A model generated the notes under the pieces. The model was given only the letters and a program-made list of their open reading frames with translations, had not been told where the DNA came from and searched no databases. Shown here piece by piece: positions 46,193 to 59,025 of a stretch of 64,000 bases of DNA. The stretch comes from Podospora anserina (taxonomy: Eukaryota). The position numbers were made by a program, and so were the translations under genes. The stretch is taken from NCBI GenBank assembly GCA_017654855.1, contig CM030338.1, positions 1,612,001 through 1,676,000 of the forward strand, in the 5' to 3' direction. Each line of letters begins with the position of its first letter. The first letter of the stretch is position 1.

Positions 46193-46501
46193 TGTCACCA
46201 CCGTTGTCTGTAGTCTGTACATGTCACTAGGAGACATTGACAAACAGAAAGCCCTATTTAGAGCGTTGCTCGTTTTAGCAAGAGGTTACAAAGCACTACG
46301 GTGATAGCCCAGGGAAATACATGCAAACTTTCTCACTCCCTGCGGCTTCAGTTCGGTTGAAGTAATCTTCTTCATACAAAATTCGGTGAAAAAACATACG
46401 TACTTGTGCCTTTAATGTATTTGTGATACAGACATGTTCTTGAAGTTGTATAGTTGCTTACCTACCTAATCAAGCCCCTCGTCGATATCTCACCAAAGAA
46501 T

Positions 46502-48116
46502 TTAACCGGTAGAAGAGAGCGACGCATTCCCAACAAACACCACCGACACCGCTGCATATGCCGCTGTGGCTCCCAACAAAGACTCCAACGACGTCGGTGT
46601 AGTTCCACTAGACAGCACAGCAAGGGTGAGGGCTGTCAGGAGGACGAACAACACCGTCAAGATAAGAGTCAACACGTTTGAGTGCCTTACAATGAATAGT
46701 ATGACCATGGGGACAACAATAGACACCCCTCCAAACAGACATGCAACAAGACGGACGAAGAAGTCCACTTTGGGCGAAATATGAAGCGGTCCCATACGAG
46801 CCTGAGCATCATGGAGGATTCTACGGGTTCCGGCTACAAAGTTACTGTGATTAGCGATGGTTACATGCAAGAGATAGTTAGGAAGGCCGCGACACACCAT
46901 TGCCGATTCCTCCTTCAAGACCTTTCTTTCTAAGGAGCAAGCGCTGCTTTTTCCCCTCTTGGTCCAGCATAAATACTGGAGCCCGCATCTGGAACCAGAG
47001 ACGCATGCCGCCAACCGAGGATGTGACTTGATCCAACACTGTCACATCATTTGGCGGCAGAAACTCAGCTTGCTTTCCCATAGCAGACTTCTCCTTTTCC
47101 TGCTGGGCAATGCCTCATGAGCCCCGGCAATGTCAAACAAGTTGAGAGCGTCTGGTCCATCCCAGTAATGGGGCTCGTGAAGCTTATGGGCGAGATTTGC
47201 CGCCATGGGCTTGACAGACGAAGGCTCTGGCGCTTTTTTGCTATCGAGAACTTGGAAGCTCTCGATGGCTCGCACTGCCTCAATGTTGGTACTAAAGGTC
47301 GAAACGTATCTGAGTAGGAATGTGCGGATTATGACAACACGTACCATATTCCTGTAACGCTTCTCCAAGACCGTCAAAGGACGGGTCATCAAATCCATCG
47401 CATGCCTCATCGTAGTGCAGTTTCTCGGACAAAAGCACAAGCTTATGCTGGGCCCTCAAGATATTGAAGACGCTGAGTCTCTCAAAGCGGCAGAATACCA
47501 ACTCTCGGCGGGATACCGACTCCTGGCGCTTGATCATCTTGCTGGCGAAGCTGTACATTCGACGATCCTGTTCCTGAGCCGTAAGTGGCAATGTATCTCG
47601 TGTCTCGTCGAAACCACGCCGCCAGGCGTCGGCTCTGCCGACGTGACACAATGTGTCATGGGGGGAGACTGTGCGGTCCGGATTGGCATAGTTGGGGTTT
47701 ATTTGCTGCAAGGACACATTTGTCATGACTGATATGTTCGATCGGAAGGTAGAGAGTGTTTGCCTTCGCTTTCCCTGAAGCGTCCCTCCTGTCACCTGTG
47801 TGAATTCATGATGGTCTAGAACCGCGCCTAGAGTTGGCGGTTCTATTCCCTCAAGGCCAGAGGAATCATCGGTCACCTCGTCGAGAGTTGCGGTGTTGCC
47901 GTTGACTACACCATCAGCCAACAGCTTTTCCTCTACCGTTGGCGACCTGGAGTCTTGATGGTCCGGGATTACATGTGGAGTTGTTGATCCTATGTCGTCA
48001 GGCGCACGGAAAACACTGTCAGGAGTCGCCATGATAGTAACTGGAACTCTGTTATTGTCGTCTGCGTTATCGATTGACTGTCTCAACTCTCCCACTGGTA
48101 ATATAGAGTCTTCCAT
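46502..48116 (-). CDS. DUF6594-like protein with C-terminal transmembrane helices; introns ~47275-47344 and ~46834-46897; apparent frameshift near 47110 (possible pseudogene)
   Basis: LVFCRFERLSVFNILRAQHKL, ALQEY, RLVACLFGGVSIVVPMVIL, LGATAAYAAVSVVFVG are characteristic DUF6594 motifs. Confidence 0.72.
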
Positions 48117-51100
48117 TGGGTGTAAAATGATGCAACTGTGACATATGTAAGCCTAACTTTCGGTGGTTTGTGCTGACTTTCTCTCTTCTCTGTCACAGAG
48201 AAAACCTAAGAGCTGAGAGAAATAAGCTTGGCGACTAGCATCTCGAGGGCCGAAGGCTGAAAAACAGGAGCGGGGTTTACTCAGGCAGTACATGATCATA
48301 CTTGTTCAGCTGAACGCTCATATCTTACCAATCGCATCTTCAGCTGCTGTTGCCCGTATCAGCCAATCCACACGCCATCTTTGACCACAGAAGCTGATAC
48401 GTCGTAGACAAAACGATAGAGACTACCAACTAGACTACTCTCCCATGAGAACGAATAGGTGGATAGATAGACATCCACATTCCGAGCTTACAGGTTTCAA
48501 CGAGGTCCAATAAGCCTTCAAGGTCATCGAATCTAGAGGTCTTCAAAACTGATCGAGAGACAGATTGACAACACCGCATTGTTATGTCTGTACCTTGACT
48601 TCGTAAAACTCATATTTTGTGTTTCAGACTCTCTTTACATGTCCAGAGGATGTCTGGGATCAGCTCAACAACATAGCTTAAATTGCATCTGTCAGCTTGA
48701 CGATTATCAGGGCGTTTACGACGAAAAAGATCCCGGAAGGTTGTATCGGGTTACTGTTTTGTTGGAGGCTAGTTGCAGAAAAGCGGTCAGAAGTTTAGGA
48801 AAGAATGAAATAGCGAACCACGGGAAGACCCATACTGAACTACTCTTCCGGATTAGTCGGCCGAAGGAGAAAGGATTGTGACTAGAATCGGAACTACATA
48901 CCTTTGGTATGTCCGTTGGTTAGCTGACGGCCATGTTTCAGCCGCTGGTGATGCTCGAGATAGTTTGCATACGTAGAGACAAATAGTCCCACTGGTAATA
49001 TCTCCCTCGGCTTTTCGCCATATCTGTTTTGTATTTCCTGGGCGTTCAGCAAGGACAGTAGAACAGACCGGGACCCCGAAAAGGCACTCACACACCTCCC
49101 CGGCCAATATTGATCTAAATCTATCAGTGTCATGTTGAAAGGCTGTCGTCATCTCCCTTGCTGCCCCCAAACATACCAGGTATCTTGCCCCTTCTAACTC
49201 AAACACTGTTATAGCCAGCTGGTTCAAAGACGCCAACCAAGCATACCCAGAGCAATAGCACAGCACAAATTTATCTACTCATGCAGCTTCTCATCACCCA
49301 TCCAGTGGCAACAGCCCCGATCTCGTATTTAGTCTCCCTTCACGGCTCCACCATGTGTTCGAAGTCGAAGGTAATCTGCGCCTAAGACACATCCTGTAAA
49401 GACAACCCGCCTTCAGCCACCACCCCGCCCCATCTTGTTACTCTTTACCCCTCCGGGAAACCCAAACTCAGCATGAAGGTATGGTAACTCACCGGCTAAG
49501 CTCCCTAGTTGAGCAGTTCTATGCCCGGGGTGAAGATATCTATGTTGCTCTCACCCAGAAGAAGCCAGATACGGAAGCCGAGCATGAACGGAGACGCCCA
49601 GGCCGGCCCCAAGGCTTTACCACTAGCGAGAATCACTGCATAAAGCACCACAATTCTGTTTCCAGTCACCGTAAGGATGAAGCAAGCAAGAAACAGTTAG
49701 CTCCAAAGAGCGCAGTACCACTCCCACTCGGCGATACCCTCTGCACAACACCCATCGTGTACATCTCTGTCAGCCCCAGAACTGACACAAATCATGCCAC
49801 TGAGCAGTCAAACCAGCCGATGAACCCAAACAATAAAAAACACCCAGCCGGCCGGCCGCGCCGGAATTAAAACCATCTCCGGCCAACCTCAAACACATAC
49901 TATTTTTCCCGGCCCGCAGTCCGCAGGTCCACCGGGACAGCAGTGCCAAACTCAAGCGGGAAAAGCATGAGACGAAAGCTCGACACAGTAGCAAAACTCT
50001 GGCGAATCTGTCTCCCGGATTTTGTTCCCTGATGACGGGAGGGTGTGTACACAACAAGTTGCTCTTCGCCCCGAGATCAGGCCTTTACCGTGAAATCACT
50101 CGCTCATACTGACAGCATCTCCGGCGCTTTCGGCAGACAATCTTGGATCTTGCTCGCACCGGTCTAGTAGCCTTGTATGTGTAAAGTGGCTGTTGAGTGC
50201 CCCTGACCATAAAGACAGCAGAACTCTGACTTGCCACTCGGCATTCATCAAAGCCATTCATCACGAGAAGAAAACAACCAATGGAACCATAGATTAACTT
50301 CCTCGATATCCGGCATCCTCCCCCAACCGGTTCACCCAATAGCATCAACCTCACAACCATACCGTAACACCATACCATTCAGCCTACTTTCACCCCCATG
50401 ACAGCGCTAAGTTGTCCTGGTCACAACCAACCAGTCAGGCACCAAATCTCAGCGAGAAACCCCCGGTAAGTTGGGAATGAAAGATGGAATTTGCCGTATA
50501 TTGACTGTATGACGGCATTTGCGCCAGGCTTCTAGCAATCTGTCGTCGACAGGGTAGGTCAAATTTGCTTTCCTGGTCTTCGGTCTCTCGATTGGTGTTT
50601 GGTAGAAAAGAGTAGCTAGGGGCCATAAAAAGTTGAACAATAGCCGTTGTTGATTCCGGTAACAGGTAACGTTGCAGATCTTCGGCCTCTAGTCGTCCCT
50701 CCAGACGAGATATACCATCCGGGAAAGCCCCCCCTTCATTACAGCATTCCTGCCGTGTAGAGACGAGCGAACTTCGGAGGCACAATCGAAAGTGTATGAT
50801 GTTTGTGCTCCCGGTCGTGTAAACTCGTCCCGGCATGTTGATCAGATTGTAGGCAACAATTCGTCGTCTCGGAGAATTCCCGCAATATAGTCTCACACCC
50901 CCCTTTCCGTTTTCCTTTTCGGGTCAACATAAGCTTCCTTCCTCCCCCAATATAAAGTCTTTCCAGGAACCTGGAGTACCCCATATTGCACAACGCACAC
51001 TCATATATTAAATGATGTACCCTCCTCTTCCTTCCCCGGCCAGACCTACCCCAGCCATACGCCGATATGAAGAGCCGAAAAGAGCGGAGACAACACTAGA

Positions 51101-54100
51101 GTGCCAGCCAAGAAAGGTAACCGTTGGACGGTATATGAAGTGTAGCAGGCCAAAATCTGGAGGACCGCAGATTTACCCGGATTCTGTCTCCTCGTCTATC
51201 GTCCAAGACAACCCCTGCTTGCCCGATCCGTCAATTTGGCTAGTCTTGGAGAGCTTGTAAGGGAAAAAGCCAGGTATATAGACAGCCATTCGACTGGTTA
51301 AAGTCTCCGGTTCCAAAGAGCTACAATGTGACTTTATGTCATCTTGGAGCTCTCCCCAAATTACCGTCGATGCTACTTGGAAGTGCATCTCGTCTGAATC
51401 TGAAAAAGTGATCGACAGTTCATCCGCAATGCGCTTGCTCATCTGATCATCAGGAAGATATATGAGACGAAGGGAACAAAAAGAGACGAAGAAAATGTTC
51501 TTTCGTCAAGCGCCTGACGTGCGCTCGAGCCGGATGGTTTATCAACGGATCGGAGTCAACAGACCTAGAGACAACGCACTACACACAGACACTGTCTGGT
51601 TCCGTGATCTTCACTCGAAGATTTCGAGAAGTCCCGTCAAATTAATTAGGTCTGACAACACATTGGTGGACGAGGGCGGGGAAGATGGTGGCCTGGGGTT
51701 TGGGGTAGAATTAGCCGCAGTTTCAAAGTTTCAACTCTGCATGCGGGTATGTTGCAGTCTGCAGCACAACATCTCGGCTCTTGTTTGCCCAGCCCGGAAT
51801 CCGAGTCGTCGTCGCTGTCACCAGTGCCCTTGGCGGCTGGTACGGGATACAAAACGGCCGGTCGTGCAAAGACCAGGCGGTTCTAGAGGAAAGCCGGATG
51901 CTGCGCTTGCAGCACCTTGGTCATGGAAGCATACAGCATAACTCGCGGATGCCGAAAACTGTGACGAAATATCGATGCTCTCCAATATGCCGCGCGGGAA
52001 TGCGAGGTCATCGAGCGGCAGTGTCTCTTGGGGATCTGCCAACGTTCTAGAAAATGGTGGTGATCGTGCCAGACAGATAACCGCAGCCGACAGAACACTA
52101 GATGGATGGGCAAGCCCTTTCGGGGAGTGAGATCACGCCTGGACGGGACCATGATAATCCCCCAAGCTCGTAGTCAGCTTCATGTACTGAATGACGGCTT
52201 CATCCGAGAAAACTCACATCGGATTGCAACCATGAACTTTCAACAACTACCGATAGGCCGCTCAGCACGGCAGATAAGATTGTGCGGCGGAAGTCCGGCT
52301 CGTCCACAGGACGTCAAGTCAAAACGAGCTCTGATACTTGCTAGGTCCAAGGCAGAAAAAAGAGGCGACCAGTAGGAAAGAAAGTCTGCCCTTAAAAAGA
52401 GAGCTGGTTGGGTAGTATTGCATCTTGACGCGTGGAGGATTTGCCCCCAGGCGTCCATGTCCAGATATACGGTTAGGCAATCAGGGCGTCAATGCGAGTC
52501 CGAGGGAACTGGCTGTCAGAAGCCTTATGGTTGGCTCATTGGTTTGGTGAACCATATTCTCATGAGAGGCGGTTTGGTGTCTTTAGGGCCAAAAGAACAA
52601 GTGCCAACAGAGTGTCTCGACCGGTATGGCATGGCAAGAGCATGGGTGCCAGTCTGCTCGACTCTCCCCCCGTTATTCAGTTAGTTCGCTGCAACTTCCG
52701 TGGTAGAAAAGAACATTGCAGTCTCGGGACCGACGCAGGAGGACCGATAAAACGCCCGGCCTAATGTTCGGCGCATATTGAAATTTTGCGTCGATATTCA
52801 TTTAGTCGCAGAACTGACGGTCCTGTACTGTGGCTGCTTATGAGATGATTATGAGCGAGCCGCGACGTCCTATTTCCGTGCCGTTCCAATCAGGACACCG
52901 AGAAGAGGTCTGGAAATGCCCGACATCCGTTCAACTTTGGCGATGCTTGATCTCAAATGTAGATGGCAATGTAACTTGGCCCCATATCGTGGGGTATGCG
53001 TAAGCAAAGGCGCGCTTGACTTTGACGGGAGGTGGTAGTTGGTGGGTGGGTGCCATAGCATCTGTCAGGATGCGGCAAGTGTCTGGTTGAGCGTCGACCT
53101 GGGGGGTTTGGAAATAGAAACCTGGAAACAGCCATCGATCTCAGCAGCCCGTCCATGTCGTCCGTCATGTCGTCGTCAGCAAGCCATGCCAAATCCGGGG
53201 CTTGGACGGGCCGATGGAGTGTGGGTGTTGGCGACTTGTGTTCGATGAAACGAAAGTGCATCTGTGGCTGAAGTAGCCAAGCACAGGACGACTCCCAAGT
53301 TTGGTACGACATCAGCAATGGCTGGGACCCTTCGTTAAGGCGTTTCAAAACAATAACCTGAACGGTACAGTTCAGTGGCCGATGGAGCATGCCGCATTGA
53401 CGGAGCGGATGTATACAACTAGAACGGTGAGACGACGGGATCGAAAGCAACCTGAAGAGCAAGGTTGTTAGCCCGTCCTGTCTGACTTTGTTCCGCCTAA
53501 TGCTCTGTTGAAGTAAGGATCGTCCCATGACAGGATTCATCACATGACATCTACACCTAACTGGTTCAAACGTCAGGTAAAGTCAAGCGTCGTTGTATGG
53601 TCTCGGACGCCAAGAGTCCATGGTGGAAGCGATGATAGACGGTGGGAAGCCAATCTTCGCGCCGCTTGCCGGGCCCAGGGACGGGACGATCAGTGCCCCA
53701 CACAAGTAACCCTCCTTTTCCCCAGAGAGGAATGACCGAATCGTGTTACTGGCACTCCGGTAGCCGAGGGCCTCTTTTGTTGGAGCAGTTCCCGTCCGGC
53801 CCCATCTTGTCTGCTTCTCTACGGCACGGGGGTGTATTCTGCCTTTATGTTTCGGCACCGAGAAGTGAAGCCCGGAGGAACACCACTGAAAAGACGAGGA
53901 GAGACGAAGCAGAGAGCTAGCTAGTAAGCTAGTCTTCGAGCCATGAATGACGGGGATGACGGGGGCTGAAGAGCATGCGTAGGTGCTGGACTTGTGTGTG
54001 ACGACGCATGGAACTGGGGGCTGGCTGTGAGCGATAAGCGTCTGCTTGGATGCTGAAGAGCCACTAGAGCCCAAACGATTGCCGTGGTTAGCCAAGTCGC

Positions 54101-57100
54101 TGATTAGCCACAAGCATTTTAAGCGGCATTATTCCCCCCAGCGCCCCCATCGTGGGGCACAAGACAGAAACCGGGAATCAGGGTCACATCTTTCCAACCA
54201 CGGGTGCTGGCGAACCCTGTCAGGATCCGTGAACCGCGTTCATGACGGTGACCCCTGTGAACCCCTCTTGGCCCTTGTCTGACACATCGGCAAGCTTGCA
54301 GGTTCTGAAAAAGGCTTCGCAGACCGATGACATGGCGAGGTTATTCTGGTTGTAGACTCCGAGTGAGGCAACTATTGTCGAGCCGTACGCTTTGATATGT
54401 TCAGGCCGCGGTTGTCCAGTTGTTCGCGCAGATGGTTCGCCCGCCCGCTGCGAAGCGCTGCAACCGCCCGGTCCGCGGCAAGACTCTCCCTGCTATTTCT
54501 GATCCGCCTTGATGCATTGTTATGATGGGCAAGTGATTGACAGTAGGCACGGGGGTTTGCTGACAGTGCAGACGTGGAAAAGGCCCTCGAGCCCGCCTCC
54601 GGCCAACAAGAAATGTAACCGAAAGACATCGGCATCCTAGCTGCTTAGACGGTGCCTATAGTTACCGAAATGCGGATGGCTGGCCCATCTTCAGCAAAGA
54701 GGAAAGGGGCGGCGTTGCAGCCAATGGAAGACAGAATGCCTTTCGTCACATTCACATCCACGACCCACGATGATCAGAAACAAACACGGCGGAGGATGTT
54801 TGCGTGGTCCATTCAGAGTCGAGATCAGAAATCTGCTGCAAGATGAGGGATCGAAGGAGGGCCACATCATAAAAGTGACCATAGGGGTTGCAGTGTTTGA
54901 CTGCATATGGCGTCGTGTGGCTTGCCGAGCATAAGCAGGCGATTGCGAGTAAGAGAGCCACACCGCTGGCTGGACCGGTCTCTGGACTTGTACTGTAGAG
55001 AAGAGAAGACTCTGCCGGGTCACTGGAACCGGCGGCGGGAAGGCGTCAACAGCTTCATCTGCAAAATAAAGCCGGCAGATGTTTCGAGTGACACGTGTGG
55101 TGGGCAATCTATTCTGTGACGGGGGACAGACGGTTCTGTTAATACAACTCTAAAAAGTTAATATTGACGGAACCGAGAAAAAGACCCCAACGTCTGGATC
55201 ATCCTGGGGGACGGCACGGCTATTTTGTCCGGGGGTGTCTCTCTGCCTTGGCGGCCACCTCACAGGGTAAGATTGTGAGGGCGTCGTGAGTCTTTTGGTT
55301 TTCGAGGGCGTGTGCTGTGTGACGAGGACGAGGTGCCCAGCAGCCTGCAGCCCGCAGCTCGCGGGGTCAAGTTAAAAGAAGGCGAAAAGGTAGACATTTC
55401 GAGTCGTGGGCAAGAGTTCACCACCGCTCAACGGCACTGGAACGTGTTCCGGTCTTTTTGTCGATGGGAGAAGTGTTGAAAGAAGTAGGAGAGCGGCGGG
55501 GGTTGCGGTGGAGTGTGGACCTGTGACTGCCGTAGCCGGGGGTTGGATGGCCCGCGCGCTATGGTCTTGTTAGCGGTCCTAACCCTGGCTAGCGCCATCA
55601 CTGATATGCATCTCTATCCACATGCGCTGGCTTTCCACTCGCAAATGATGAAGCTCCCACGATGCTCTACCCCCGGGCAATCAACACGATGGTTTGGAGG
55701 GGCAGCAAAAGGAACCTCTCTTCCGTGCAGTCACGGACTTGTCTTGGCGAACTTGGCCCAGACCTCCGGTCGCCTTCTTGCCTTTTCGTCTCTTGACTGC
55801 TGTGTAACAAAATCGGCTCGCTATTGACAACGTCAAACCCGTGGGAGAATTCCGGGACTGTTTGAGAGAGCCGGGCCATGATGAGACGACTCGAAGGACG
55901 GGTTCAGCAATGGAACTGGGTTTCACTCCATCTCGTTGACATCAGCCGGTGTTCGGCTTGCCAGCGGGATGGCTTGTTTCCCGTCGTCTCCTAGGCCCCC
56001 TTACACAGGCTCTGGCGATGACTCGCACTGTTCACCCTGTGGTGGTCAAAGGTCTCATATCTCAAGTCCCCAAGGTCCCCGCCGTGGAAGCATCGCCGTC
56101 CACGGAGCGGGCCCCATCTCCCCCGCACACTGCAAAGAAAGGAAGTACACTGTGCAACAACGGGCCATATCGGTGCTGAACTAACTGCTGATCAGGCTGA
56201 CAGACGGTGTTTGTCCCGTCTCTGCGGATTTTAGCCCGCTCCCGGTGCCTCAGCTGTCTTCCAAAGCTTCCAAGCCAGATCCCAAACACATCCCACACCT
56301 CATTGCTGGCCTTGATAGGCCTACCCCCCGATCCAAGGGTTCGACTGCAGGTAGGTAGGTGCTTGGTCCATTCCTACACTAGGACTGGATGGTCCCGTTA
56401 ACCCGCTTGCTGGATTGTCGCGATCAGCCCCTGCGATCCCTGTCGGGCAATCTGCAGAACGCACCTCTTCCATCCACTCACGGACCGTCAGGTCGCCGGC
56501 GCCTCTTCTCTTACTTTAAGTGCTCCTCCACCGCGGCGGGCAACAGCTGGAGGCCAATATATCCTCTCACACCATGGCCCACCAGCCCGGCTTTACCATA
56601 TTGCTCTGAAATATCCCGACTGCCTGCTACCCCTCTTGATACCCTGCTACACTACTACCCTAGCTGCTACCCTCTGACCCCAGATCGAGCCGGGACGTGG
56701 TACCAGACCCGCCTGTCAAGAGCCGAGTCCTGAGCTTGTACGGCAGGGCTGTTGCTGCACCTGAACACAGATGATAAAAGCAGGCGGCCCTGCAGCTTTC
56801 ACCACCTGGGCAAACAAGACTCGAACTTCTCTTCCGGCTCCCCTCCGTTCGATTCCGACTCGGAACACTGCGCATTTGTCTTGTGCTGCTGCTCCCGACC
56901 TTTGGCCAGCACATCCCTACCACCTGCTTCCACGGTGTGAACTTGATGGTATCCAGACCGGTGGCGCTGTGATACAAGACAACGTCAACCTTCGACACCC
57001 ACGCGTGCCCTCGGCTGGCCACAGAGCTGGTCCAACCATCCAACCACAGCTGGCCCTGTCTTCATTTGTGGCTTCTGCAGCTGCACGAGACCCCTGCTCC

Positions 57101-57462
57101 TCGGTGAGCATCACCGCCAAACACAGAGACAGCATCAAGATCGCAAGATCCCAGATCCCGGGCTCTCACCCTTGCCACCTCCCTGCAAGAGCTCGGCACA
57201 CACTGTTGGCTCGAGGCTCGACTAGTGGCCTACCATTGTTTCTCCCCCGCTGAGACAAGGCCTCACTTCCGACCCTTCAACCCGGCTACCCGGATTCGTA
57301 TATGTGGCTGCTCTCGCCCGGCAGCAAGTGGCTCTCTGGTGTACGGCTGCCCACCTTTTGCAGATCAGCTTTCTGACCAGTTCCAAGACAAGAGACTGAC
57401 CGAGTAATGAAAAGGCTCGGATCCCCTCTTCTATTCATCCATTTGTGATCCCGCCTCCCCCA

Positions 57463-59025
57463 ATGTCTACAGTGGTCGACTTTGCTCCTCACGACTTTGG
57501 CCGTCATCCCATGTTGGACGTCGACAGCATGTCTCGACCACATCACAGCTACCACGAGGGATATGCCCCCGGACATGGGCACTACGCTCCAGAGCACCCA
57601 CCGTACCCACCACCACAGCCCTCTCACCTCACCCAGCCGCCACGGCTGCCCTCCATGGCCACCATGATATCGACTGCAGGAGCAAGCCACCTTCCTGCAA
57701 TGCCAAATGGACGAGACGTCTCCTACCCGGGAGGGAAACCGGGCTACTATTCAGACTACGCAACCCCCTCGCCAGTCGGGCAGACACCTCCGCAGTTCCC
57801 TGGTCCGAGCAACGACCCCCATGCCTTCTCCAGGCGGGCAGTCGACATCCGGCGCTCGCCCACCCTATCATCAACAGCCAGTGACCGGTCATCTGACGAG
57901 GTAGCCCACGAGATGCGTCTGAGGCAAATGAACAGCTTCCGAGACCACCACAGCCAAGGGCTCCCACGACAGTATCCCCATCAATCCCCCCGTTCAAGAG
58001 GGAGTTCCCTCCACCACGACAGCGCTCTCCCACCAGTATTGATGGGCGGCCCCTCTGCCAGCCCTTACGTCCCAGCATCAGCATACATGAACGGCCGCCC
58101 GCCACCGCACCTCCCCCAAAGCCCATCAAACAGCACCCAAGCCAGCGCCTCCCCAAGACAAGAGGGGAAATCCATGAGCATATCCAACCTCCTCAGCTCA
58201 GACAGCGCCACCACCACCACTACCTCCTCCTCCTCCACCTCCCACCCAAACACCACCACAACCATGAACACCACCACCTCCCACCCCTCCTACCCACCCC
58301 CAGCCCCCTCCCCCATCCCCTCAACCTCAGAATACCGCATCTCGGTCCGCCAACAACCCTACGCCGCCCGCTCCTGCGGCTTCGGCGAGCGCGACCGCCG
58401 AGTAATCGACCCACCCCCCATAGTCCAACTAACAATCCACGACCCCTCCCTCTCCCCAGAGGAACTCTCCCGCCGACTCCGGCACCAATTCTCCGTGGTC
58501 CACTGCTCCATCTACGACGAGCGCGGCGAGCGCGACATGTCAGCCATGCCCGAAGACTTCCGTCAACAACGCCGTCTCATGGGCACCCTCGTCGCCTCCC
58601 CTTTTGTCGGCCAAGACGAAAACGGGGAGGAGGGCTGCTTCTTTTGCTTTCCTGACCTGAGCTGCAGGACACCTGGGAGTTTCAGGTTGAAGTTTGCGCT
58701 TGTGGTGCTGGATCCGATGAGTATGCGAATGGGGGATAGGAGTAAGATTGTGGCTACGGCGATGAGCGAGGTTTTTTGCGTGTATAATGCAAAGGATTTT
58801 CCTGGTATGAAGGCTAGTACGGGGTTGACGAAACGGTTGAAGGAGCAGGGGTGTCTGATTAGTATCAAGAAGGGGAACGAGAAGAGGGAGACGCCTGGGG
58901 GTGGGGGTGGGGGTGGTGGGAGGAGGGGGGCCGAGGAGGTTGAGGAGGAGGAGGAGGAAGGGGAGGGGGATAGTGAGGGGGAGGGGGAGAAGAGGGGGAG
59001 GAAGAGGGTGAAGAGGAGCGCGTGA
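57463..59025 (+). CDS. velC: Velvet-domain protein, VelC/Vel3 type (C-terminal velvet domain)
   Basis: YRISVRQQPYAARSCGFGERDRRVIDPPPIVQL, RRLMGTLVASPF, GCFFCFPDLSCRTPGSFRLKF, SEVFCVYNAKDFPGMKASTGLTKRLKEQGCLISIKKG, after a long Pro/Ser-rich N-terminus. Confidence 0.88.
   Translation: MSTVVDFAPHDFGRHPMLDVDSMSRPHHSYHEGYAPGHGHYAPEHPPYPPPQPSHLTQPPRLPSMATMISTAGASHLPAMPNGRDVSYPGGKPGYYSDYATPSPVGQTPPQFPGPSNDPHAFSRRAVDIRRSPTLSSTASDRSSDEVAHEMRLRQMNSFRDHHSQGLPRQYPHQSPRSRGSSLHHDSALPPVLMGGPSASPYVPASAYMNGRPPPHLPQSPSNSTQASASPRQEGKSMSISNLLSSDSATTTTTSSSSTSHPNTTTTMNTTTSHPSYPPPAPSPIPSTSEYRISVRQQPYAARSCGFGERDRRVIDPPPIVQLTIHDPSLSPEELSRRLRHQFSVVHCSIYDERGERDMSAMPEDFRQQRRLMGTLVASPFVGQDENGEEGCFFCFPDLSCRTPGSFRLKFALVVLDPMSMRMGDRSKIVATAMSEVFCVYNAKDFPGMKASTGLTKRLKEQGCLISIKKGNEKRETPGGGGGGGGRRGAEEVEEEEEEGEGDSEGEGEKRGRKRVKRSA

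Noticed and set aside
17084..48116. Starship/Spok-type element or transposon
   Set aside because: No tyrosine-recombinase captain, transposase, reverse transcriptase, terminal repeats or Spok-like ORF recognised in the window.
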